Shown here piece after piece: positions 31,060 to 41,200 of a stretch of DNA of 63,264 bases (positions are counted from its first letter, which is position 1; every line of letters starts with the position of its first letter). Origin of the DNA: Candidatus Poribacteria bacterium (GTDB lineage Bacteria > Poribacteria > WGA-4E > UBA9662); NCBI GenBank assembly GCA_036339735.1, contig JAYZAL010000053.1, forward strand, positions 1 through 63,264, given 5' to 3'. Position numbers and translations under genes: made by a program. The notes below the pieces were generated by a model, which ran no database searches, was not told the DNA's origin, and saw only the letters and a program-made list of their open reading frames with translations.

Positions 31060-32385
31060 ATGCACCAATATCAATACGTCGAACGGCTCGTAGACCTAAT
31101 GGATCCAAGTAAAAACGTGTTACTAAATATGTCCTATGAGGCTGCAGCTATGAGAGTTTCTTCGGGAGATCCGAGAAGAATAAGTGAAATTGACGGACAA
31201 TTTGGCATTGTACAAAAGCAAGGGAATATTGTACGGATGGCTCGCTCTATTGGTCGCCCCATGCGATACTTCCTAGCAAAGCGTGCTGAAGGACCATGTC
31301 TAATTGTTGCAGAACGTATGGAGGAGTTACTTAATGTGTTAATCGATGAGGGGCTTGAAGATCAATTTCACCCATCTTACACAAGGATGGTACCTGCTCA
31401 TTACGTTGTTGAGATTGCTTTAGTTGGATGTCCTGATCCGAATCCAATAAATACCCGATTCTTCACACCCAAGCGTAATGCTCTAAGTCCAGATCTAGAC
31501 GCAATTGGACATCATTACATTGGAAAGGTCGCAGAAGTCATAGATAAATGGCTGAATACTATTGATGATTCTGAACCTCTAGGTGTGTTATTTTCTGGAG
31601 GGATCGATAGTGGCGCCATATTACTCTTATTACAACATTTGCTACTAAAAAGAGGTCAACCTGCTAACCGGCTTAAAGCATTTACTCTTAACGTTGATGA
31701 AACATCGCAGGATACGAATCAGGCTAAGCGCTTCGTTGATGAGGTCGGCATGAGTATGTTTTTAGAAGTAATCAATGTTAACCAAGAGGATATCGATTTC
31801 AAAACAACAATCAAATTGATTGAGGACTACAAACCATTAGATGTTCAATCTGCAACAATGGCTTACGCATTGTTAAATAAAATTCGTAAACTATACCCTG
31901 ATTGGCTTCACATAATTGATGGAGATGGTGGAGATGAAAATTTGAAAGACTATCCGATTGAAGACAATCCAGAATTAACTATCGCTAGTGTGCTTAATAA
32001 CTTGATGCTTTATCAAGAAGGATGGGGAGTAGATTCGATCAAACATTCTCTAACCTATTCAGGTGGCCAAAGTCGGGGCCATGTTCGGACATATGCACCA
32101 GCAGCAATATTGGGATTTCGAGGTTTCAGTCCATTTACTGTGCCTTCGGTGATTGACATCGCTGAAGGAATACCTTTCGTTGAGCTGACTGAATGGGATC
32201 ACGAAAAGCTCTACGATTTAAAAGGACAAGTAGTCAGCAAAGGTGTTCAAGCCGTAACTGGTGTTAGAATGCCAGTTTTTACAAAACGACGTTTCCAGCA
32301 TGGAGTGTCTTCTAAGGAAATTTTTCAAGAATCCTTCCCCATATCAGATCACACCTATAGGGAAGTCTTCTCAGAAGTTTTTTAG
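31060..32385 (+). CDS. Asparagine-synthetase-related ATP-dependent amide ligase lacking the N-terminal glutaminase Cys
   Basis: PP-loop LFSGGIDSG, DGDGGDENL (GEGADE-like), IDGQFG, KRRFQHG; no Cys at position 2; AGGAG RBS. Confidence 0.8.
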   Translation: MHQYQYVERLVDLMDPSKNVLLNMSYEAAAMRVSSGDPRRISEIDGQFGIVQKQGNIVRMARSIGRPMRYFLAKRAEGPCLIVAERMEELLNVLIDEGLEDQFHPSYTRMVPAHYVVEIALVGCPDPNPINTRFFTPKRNALSPDLDAIGHHYIGKVAEVIDKWLNTIDDSEPLGVLFSGGIDSGAILLLLQHLLLKRGQPANRLKAFTLNVDETSQDTNQAKRFVDEVGMSMFLEVINVNQEDIDFKTTIKLIEDYKPLDVQSATMAYALLNKIRKLYPDWLHIIDGDGGDENLKDYPIEDNPELTIASVLNNLMLYQEGWGVDSIKHSLTYSGGQSRGHVRTYAPAAILGFRGFSPFTVPSVIDIAEGIPFVELTEWDHEKLYDLKGQVVSKGVQAVTGVRMPVFTKRRFQHGVSSKEIFQESFPISDHTYREVFSEVF

Positions 32386-32389
32386 TGAA

Positions 32390-33361
32390 ATGGTTACGAA
32401 CCTGCCGAATATTAGTACTCAGCAAGTTATTACACAACGATCATCGAAAAACATAGTCAACGCCAATAAACCATACGACTGCATGATAGAAGTAGAATGC
32501 GGATCGGATTTGGTTTTACACCGAATTGCTACTTTGTTCTTGACTGGAAGTGAGTGCCCATTTCACTGTGTAATGTGTGACTTGTGGAAGAATACACTTG
32601 ATTATGCAACTCCTGTTGGGTCGGTACCTCTTCAGATTTTATGGGCTCTCAAAAACCTGCAAATCGACTGGTACGACCCTGCGGCAAAAGGTATTAGCAC
32701 TATCAAGCTGTATAACAGTAGTAATTTCTTTGATAAGAGAGCCATACCCATTAAAGACTGGCCAGAAATTGCAAAATTGGTGAATGCCTTTGAAACCATT
32801 ATTGTGGAAAATCATCCAGTGTTGTGCAGCGAACGGATCTTAAAATTCCGCGACCTGATCGCTGGTCGACTAGAAATTGCTATGGGGCTGGAGACGACAC
32901 ACCCGAGACTACTAAAATGGCTAAATAAGCAAATGACACTGAAACAATATCAAAATTCAGTTGATTATTTGATCACCAATAATATTCAAGTACGGTCATT
33001 TATTTTGATAAAATTACCATCACTCACGGAAGAAGAAGGAATTGAGTGGGCCGTAAAGTCGATGGAATTTGCTTTCGATTGTGGCGTAGAGTGTTGTTCG
33101 CTTGTACCAGTTCGAGCTGGAAACGGTTTCATGGACCAACTGGAGAAAGACGGTTTTTTTAAAGCACCTGATATAACCAGCCTCGAGTGTGTACTCGAAT
33201 CAGGTTTAAGTATGGAACGCGGCCGTGTCTTTGTCGATCTATGGGATAGTAAGTTAATTGAAGGCTGTTCAGCATGCAAAAAATTACGCCTACAACGCAT
33301 TATGAAAATGAATGAATCCCAGTCTTTCCAACCAGAGGTCCAATGTCATGAATGCTGCTAG
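32390..33361 (+). CDS. Radical SAM protein (TIGR01210/RaSEA-like)
   Basis: CxxxCxxC (CPFHCVMC), IKLYNSSNFFD, VENHP, LEIAMGLET, LNKQMT, RSFILIK, and C-terminal CSAC...CHECC. Start at ATG 32390, 4 nt after the previous stop. Confidence 0.85.
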   Translation: MVTNLPNISTQQVITQRSSKNIVNANKPYDCMIEVECGSDLVLHRIATLFLTGSECPFHCVMCDLWKNTLDYATPVGSVPLQILWALKNLQIDWYDPAAKGISTIKLYNSSNFFDKRAIPIKDWPEIAKLVNAFETIIVENHPVLCSERILKFRDLIAGRLEIAMGLETTHPRLLKWLNKQMTLKQYQNSVDYLITNNIQVRSFILIKLPSLTEEEGIEWAVKSMEFAFDCGVECCSLVPVRAGNGFMDQLEKDGFFKAPDITSLECVLESGLSMERGRVFVDLWDSKLIEGCSACKKLRLQRIMKMNESQSFQPEVQCHECC

Positions 33362-34838
33362 TAGTAAACAAATAATGATTATAGGAAGTGGTTTCGGTGG
33401 GTCTATTTTGGCGGCCATCCTCGCCAAGGCGGGGATCTCAGTTATGTTAGTTGACCATCAATCCCACCCTCGATTTGCTATTGGCGAATCTTCTACACCA
33501 ACTGCTACGTTTATTTTGAAATCGCTAGTGAAACATTACCAGCTAACAGAGCTAGAGGCATTGACTAGTTATGGCCTTTGGAAACAGAAACTCTTTCAAG
33601 TAGGTTGTGGAGTAAAAAGAGGGTTCAGTTATTTTTTTCATTCTCCAGGATCACCAGTTCAAACTACAGATTTACATCAAAAAGAATTATTAGTTGCCGC
33701 AAGTTCGTCTCATTCAACAGCAGACACGCAATGGTATCGTCAGGACGTAGACGCATACTTGCTCGACTATGCAAAACGTTGTGGTGCAACCTGCATACTA
33801 AATAGTAAAGTTGTAGAGGCTAAATTCGATGAACAACACTTTTCTTGGACGGTCCAATTGGATACAAACTCACAAAACCAACAGTTTGATTGGATTATTG
33901 ATGCCTCTGGGTCAAGCCAAGTTATGTGTGAGCTGACTGACGTTACCCCGAATAGTAAATTTGAGTTGGAAACCAATACTGCTGCTATTTATGGGCATTT
34001 TGAAAAAGTACGTCGTTACGATACGCTTCTCGAAGAAGCTAGTATGGATGTGTCCGATTTCCCATTTTCATCAGATGATGCAGCTCAGCACCATATGATG
34101 CAACATCAATGGCTCTGGAGTTTAAGATTCGATAATGGTATTACTAGTCTGGGGTTAGTAATAGACCTAAACCATTATAAATTTGACTATAAATTGTGGG
34201 AATCCATGTTAAATACTTATCCCGCAATATCCCAGATGCTCTTTGGTGCTATACCACATAAGGCAACACCGATTTTACGTTATTCAGATCGATTGCAACG
34301 TTTAGCACCTTTTGGATACGGGCCAGGATGGGTTGCATTACCTCATACAATTGGGTTTGTGGATCCATTGCATAGTACGGGAATTGCTCATACGTTAAGT
34401 GGAGTCGACCGATTAGCAAGAATTTTGACAAAACCTAGAATTAGTCGAGATGAAGTACGAGATTACTCGTTAGCCATTTACCGAGAATTACGTTTGATTG
34501 ACCGATTGGTGGCAGGTTGTTACAAACTGATGCCTAGCAAGGCTCATTTTGAAGCGTATTGTATGCTTTATTTTGCCGCAGCTCACAATTATGAAACTCG
34601 TTGTTTAAATTTAGGGTCATCTGAATTGCCTGCTGGAATTTTTTTATCTGACGATGTGGACATGACGAAGGCTATTAACTTCGCTTTTGATCTGGCGAGT
34701 GAAACTGCGGCATGTGAAGGATGGGAAAATATAAAAGGGTTTGAGCAACAAATCAGAAATCTGATTGCACCCTTCAACCAAATTGGCTTATGTGATCCTG
34801 ATCAATATTCTATGTATTCTCACACTTCCGTTCTTTAA
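33348..34838 (+). CDS. Flavin-dependent halogenase-like protein (tryptophan halogenase superfamily)
   Basis: GSGFGG, HPRFAIGESSTP, Lys in GVKRGF, IDASG, WLWSLRF (WxWxIP variant), GFVDPLHSTG. ATG 33348 with AGAGGT RBS overlaps the radical SAM stop. Confidence 0.85.
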   Translation: MNAASSKQIMIIGSGFGGSILAAILAKAGISVMLVDHQSHPRFAIGESSTPTATFILKSLVKHYQLTELEALTSYGLWKQKLFQVGCGVKRGFSYFFHSPGSPVQTTDLHQKELLVAASSSHSTADTQWYRQDVDAYLLDYAKRCGATCILNSKVVEAKFDEQHFSWTVQLDTNSQNQQFDWIIDASGSSQVMCELTDVTPNSKFELETNTAAIYGHFEKVRRYDTLLEEASMDVSDFPFSSDDAAQHHMMQHQWLWSLRFDNGITSLGLVIDLNHYKFDYKLWESMLNTYPAISQMLFGAIPHKATPILRYSDRLQRLAPFGYGPGWVALPHTIGFVDPLHSTGIAHTLSGVDRLARILTKPRISRDEVRDYSLAIYRELRLIDRLVAGCYKLMPSKAHFEAYCMLYFAAAHNYETRCLNLGSSELPAGIFLSDDVDMTKAINFAFDLASETAACEGWENIKGFEQQIRNLIAPFNQIGLCDPDQYSMYSHTSVL

Positions 34839-35251
34839 GAAGAACTATTCAAAGTCTTATGTGAAAACTTTGAGTAGTTGACTCATTTACACAGATATGC
34901 TCAATTAAACAAGTACTTATAGCATTTATACGGAAATACAGTAATCAAAGCCAGCTAATGACGATTAGTAAACCCTGCTTTGTTGGAGATTCAAAACCTG
35001 ATTAATATAATCAAGAAGGTTTTCAGTCAAAACGGGTTTGAGGAATTTTGCTTTGATTGAATTTGATACAGACTGTTTGTGAAAAAACTCGTAGACTAAT
35101 GATCTATTTCCACTTTCTCAGGCCCATTAAATTGCGTTGTATAAAAGTTACTAAACTAGCACTTCTGACTAACCTCAATTTGGCTTGAATTACATTCAAA
35201 ACAAGTGCTTTGGTAGATCAAAAACCAAAATTCCAATTACTGTGAGTAAAA

Positions 35252-38200
35252 TTGCATAACAAAACTAGATTACTTCTCATTCTCAATCTTTGTTACTTTT
35301 ATATTCTGCTTTGGCTCTCGATGAATCTTGAATTGGCAGTGGCACAGAATTTGTCAACAGTAACTGGTTCATCGGGGCTGGCAAAAGCAATCGATAATGA
35401 GGGTGATTTGATATATGTTGGTGCAGGTTCACAACTGTTTATTCTCGATGCAGAAGATGTATTAGACGAGCAAGCGGAAAGACCAATCTGGCAAGCTGCG
35501 TTGACGGTTCCTGGATCAATTGACCAAATTGCTATTCATAAAGTTACATCCAATAAAATATTCGCATATTTATCCCTCGGCGCGAATGGCTTCGGAATTG
35601 CTGATGTCAGTCAACCAAATGCACCCAAGTATGTATCGACTTTAGCTCAGATTGGACCATCAAATCGCTTTTTTTTCGATAAAAATGAAGATGAAGATCA
35701 TGTTTATATAGCTGGTGCACAAGGTGGATGGCATATAATCAATATTGAAAACGAAAGTTCACCAATTGTCTTATCAAGCCAATTAGTTAACTTTCCAGTT
35801 GCTTGTGTTTACGTTCATAGAAAGAAAGCTTACGTTGTTACCAAACCTGACGGTTTAGGACAAACAAGTGAACTGTTTATTTACGATGTGACACAAAAAA
35901 CTAGCCCCACGCTTCAGTCTGTAAAAGTAGATATCGAAGAATCTGTTCAGGATAGTGTTAAATTAAATGGACTTGCACAACGGATTGTTGTACGCCGATT
36001 AGACAATCAAAAAACCTTAGCCTATGTTGCTCTAGGGAAAAGAGGTCTCCATATTTTAAATGTTACAGACATAAAAAATATTATAGTTAATCAAAATCTG
36101 ACAGGTATAACGGAAGCGATCGACATCGCTCTGGACGAAAACAATTGGCTTTATGTATCTGACGAATATATTGGTCTCCATGTTTTTGAAGATGCTAAAA
36201 ATTTAGATACAATCGGCAATTATTCGCCATCCAATTTCATTTCCCGCCCAACTGTTGCTTTCTCGGTCTCATCGACGAGTAAAAGAGCCGATTTGTACGT
36301 TGTTGATGGTCTCAACCACGCAATGGTCCTCAAGCAAGACCTAGAATCTAAAACGCCTTGGCAGCTAATAGGTAACTGGCGAACAGTTGGTGTTGTAGAA
36401 TCAGCCATTTTTTTTAGGACTGATAGTAAAGGAACAATTGCGACAGCCAATGGTCAGAATGGGGTTTCGCTGTTCACCGTAGAATCAAATAATATTAAAT
36501 CTGGAGATGTAAAATCTAGTAATCAGTTTCGAACTTTCGTGGACGTGGGAAGTTCCGTTTCAAGCCTGACTTATAACCAGATGAATGGCCTACTTTATAT
36601 TCTTTCTTCTAATTTGACATTGATCGATCCCAAACAAAATAACAAAATTTTGCACCAACTTCCATTAGCAAAATCAGCCAAAAGTTTGATATTCGTGCCT
36701 TCTTCACTGGTAACTACATCATCAACCCTGACTTATCTTTCTACTGATTTACTTGAAGTTTACGATTTCGACACACCAACTACTCCACAACTAATAACTA
36801 CGGTTCCTATTTCGAATATTGAAGATCAATTCTTATTTCAGTTAGAAGATAAAACCCTAATTTGTTTGGCTTGTGGTGCTGATGGTCTGAAGGTTTTGGA
36901 TGTTACTCAACCAACGCAACCCAACGTCATCAGTACTTATCAAACGGTAGCTGATGGTTTTAGTAGAACGGTTGAGGTCGTAGATCAAATAGCATTTGTT
37001 TCCGACAGCTATGGTGGTCTATGGATCGTCGATTTAGCAGAGCCAGCACAACCCACAGAAATCACTCGACTTCGAACTGACAGCGTTGTTCAAGACCTAA
37101 CGATAAACGGAGAATTTGTATTCTTGGCCACTGCAACAAGAGGGATACAGGTCGTGGATGCGAGTATTCTACATAGTCCAAAAATAGTTAAAAACTATTT
37201 AACACTAGGCTCAGCTTTATCCATATTTGAAATCCCACGGATCAGTAATTCTGACATACAGCAAATTCTGGTTGGTGATGCCAGTAATGGTGCACAAATA
37301 TTGTCTGTTGACCTGCTAGTTCCAAGATCCCCTATCATTACTGGCTTATCGCCCCGGGCCGCCTTACCTGAAAAACGTGTTACCATTAGTGGTAGAAATT
37401 TTAACGTTGATGCAACAGTTTTATTTGGTAATTTGGAAGTGCCCCTTGTTGAGTGGATATCAGAAGATTCAATTCAAGCATTTATTCCGAAGGATCTAAA
37501 AGAAGGACTATATGATCTGGCTGTTGTTAACCCTGATCAGGCAAGTAGTGAACTACCATCCCGTCTGAAAATTGTAGGGAAACAAGCGGAAATCTTTATT
37601 TCTGCTCTTACGGACCCTGACCAGTCTTTGGCCCGGATTGACTTCAATTCTATCCCCCTAGGCTCCAAAACCCCCCCTATTTTCCCTTTGCAGATAAAAA
37701 ATAATGGTACTGCTTCTCTAGAAATTAAAAGAATCGACTTACCAAGCCGAAAATTCACGATCCAGTCTAGTGAAGTTCTGCCATTGACAATAAATCCTGA
37801 CAAAACGGAGCTAATTACACTTCGCTTTGAACCAACAACTATCCTGAAGTTGGAGGATATGGTCACTTTTCACTGGAAAACCAGTGGACAAGAAACCGTT
37901 AGTCAATACACTCTACCCGTTGGCCTAACGGTGACTGGTAAAACTGAGTCCTTTACTATTTTAGGGGTTGGTCGTCATTTGACAATCGATGGTGAAAGTA
38001 TAGTTGAGACGGCTTATGTGGATCAGAATTATACTGTTGAGGTCAAAATCCTTTCAGATGACGGTTCAACGGTTATTTCATCGACGGTTAGTCCCGTCCG
38101 ATCCATTACCAATGGAAGCGCCTATACATACATTACATCTATTGATCCTAGACCGGAAACTGGTTATGCCCCTATTGAGATTGGGCAACAAATTGAGCTT

Positions 38201-41200
38201 AGTATTTTCTATCATGACCCGACTATTCTATCCAATCAGTTTGGTACGCCTACTGGGTTACTCAATTTGAAGGTTGATGGGCAAGAGTATAGCGGTGAAA
38301 CTAAGATTGAAATCAAGGAAAAGCACCTCGCTAATAGAGAAATTTCTATTGATTTTGGCATTCTATTTCCCAAGCCGAAAGTTACTGATATTACTCGGCT
38401 AGACCCAATTAATCCTAATTTAGCGGATCCAAGTGGTGGTGGAGGAACGCCCCTTCGCTTACATGGACTCAATTTTCGGCCGGGACTCGAGTTGAGGATA
38501 CAAACCGGATTGACAACAGACCAATTAACATTAGCAACTGAAGTTGAACGTGTGTCTGATAATGAGTTACGGGCATTGACACCAATTGGCTTACCTGGTA
38601 CGGATCGGAGCGTTGTGATCATCAATGTTGATGGGCAAGAGTCAAGCCTGACTAACTCACCAACTTATACTTACAACTCTGTCGATCGTATATCTATTCT
38701 CGACCCAGACGCAACAGTCGATTCCGAACGAGATCGACTTTTATTTGCTCCCATTTTAACTGAAGGGGTACCTTTCACCTTACCGATCTCCACAACTAAA
38801 ACATTACAAGCTATTGGATTCGACAAAAACGGTTACCGCTTAGCGTTACAAGATACCACTTGGGAAATTGTTGGTAATGCTCGGGGCGGAGGGATTGCAC
38901 CTAATGATGGAAAGTTAACGACGGGTCCTAAAAAAGGAGACTTTAGGATTAGAGTTACATATACAACTGGTGGTATCAACTTGACGGCAACCCAACCAAT
39001 TACAGTAACGGCTGGTGCACCCACCAAAATCATTGGTGTCTCAGCCAATCCTACTCAGTTAACAGCGTCAACAGAAAACAAGTTAACTCATTGCCAGATT
39101 ACTGTTCACGTCACGGATCAGCAAGGAAATCCAGTATCAGATCTGAAAATGTCATCTCAGGGGTTTTCAAGTAGCAAATCTCTCAACTTCAAGGCTAAAT
39201 ACAGTGAAATCGAGAGTGATCTTCCACAACTCGGTCAATTCAGCAACTTTATCTCTAATGGGGACGGTAACTACCAAATCACGTATACTACCCCAAACCA
39301 CCTAGAGTTATTCAAACCAGGAATTTCAGGGCAGTACCCAAAACGACCAGTTAGGCTATCAATCGTTGTTAATGACCAAATTGCGACAAAACCTCCATTG
39401 AATTTATACCCTCCAGTAGCCTTTCTGACTATCACGCCAAAGCGAACAATAATCTTAGATCTTTCTTCCATTAGTCTAGAACTACTTTCAAGTCTGGACA
39501 ATTTTCGAGCCAAAATTCAGCAGGCGACCCAATTAGCCGAGCTGAACAAAGAATTGAAAAGCAACGGTCTTCCTATCTTTCAACCATTGCTAATGGTAAC
39601 TGAAAACCGATCTGGTGATTTTTTAGAGTCAGTTCCAGTTACATATATGGGCAATGACCGCTATGAAGTACTGGATAGCAGCAAAATACAACCAGCACCA
39701 TCGCGATCAAATTCATCTGTTTTTATTACCGGATTATCAGCGTATAAAGATTTTAGTAAAGATGTCAAATGGCAAGTTGTTCCAGACGTTATTTCAGAAC
39801 AGTTATTTCGCCTACCAGCCGATGGAACCACTAACAAAAAATTTATCGTTCATGGAATCGATAATCTAGGCTCATTTGTAACACACAAGACCCCGATTTT
39901 GATAGACGGTTTTACTCAACAACAAGTCTCTCAAGAAGAATTGCAGATTTCAACTACTGTTGGTCGTTTGGTTGATGAAAATGTAACTGATACCGGGTAT
40001 GAGTTTGTGTACTTAGCATCGACAACACAACAGCGTAAAGTTCGCATAAAAGCCTTGAGTAGTAATGCTAACGGTCAAATTGATCTTCAGCTGGTGAGTG
40101 GAGAAACAGCTAATATCACGCTTCAGTTTGCTAACAACAATTTTTTGGGTGGTGTCCCGCAACTACCTGCCGATGGGAAGTCCAAGATTGCCTTCCAAGT
40201 GACAATGACTGATCGGTATCGTAACCCAGTTATTTTGTCAGAGCCCTATAACAACCCGGTTTCACGATCTTCACAGATTGAAGTTACACTACAAATGAAT
40301 GAAGAGGAGGCGCAGTTTTACTTCCCACGATCTGGTGAATCAACAGAGAATGCCAGCAATTTAGGAACGATTCAGAATTTTGTCGACCTCCAAAATGGCT
40401 CCTATACAGCTGAGTATGTAGCCGGCAGCAGAATGGGGACCATGAGGTTACAAGTAAAAAATGGGGACGCAATAGCTCAAGCTTCATTATCTATTTTACT
40501 TGGGGAGAAAGCCGAGCTGCAACTGATCAACGTGGCTCCCTATCGAATGAATTACCAGCTTGAACAGAACAGACTCTTTCCTAAAGGGTATACCCCAGTC
40601 GCTGGTGGGGATATTATTCCTTTATGGCTCGTGGTCAGAGATGCTAATGGTAACTCAGTTAGTGGATTAAGATTGACCGTCGATGTTGATAAAGGTCAAA
40701 CGGATGAAGTCGCTAGTGAAAAGAAAACGGCTGCTGCTGATTTCACATCATTTCAAAACGATGACTGGAAATATCCACCCATTAAAGATTTATACCGGGT
40801 TAACTACAATCCACCCAAAACAGCTGAAAAAGTAAAAGTCAATGTTATTGCAGAAGACCCAAAAAGTGTAGTTACTCCTCCGCTTCGGATCAGCAAAATC
40901 TTCGAATTACCTGTTGTACCTAATCGCCCAGATTCAAATGAATCCACGATCGAAATTGGTCGAGGGCAGCAAATGAAGCAACCACCATCTGATGGTACCG
41001 AGTCAACGCTGGCCACGGTGATCGTTCGGGATAAACACCGGAACGTAGTTCCTAACCAGAAGTTACAATTAGTCATAGTTGATCAGCCTACAGAATCCAC
41101 ACCGACTATAATTCCCCTACCAAAAAGTTCGCAACAGTCTACTGCATCGACAAATGAAGATGGACAAGCATCTTTTGAATTGAAGATGAAGTATGACGTT

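Noticed and set aside
32261-32389. Longer N-terminus for the radical SAM ORF (track start 32261)
   Set aside because: It overlaps the AsnB-like gene by 125 nt; ATG 32390 just after that stop is more plausible.
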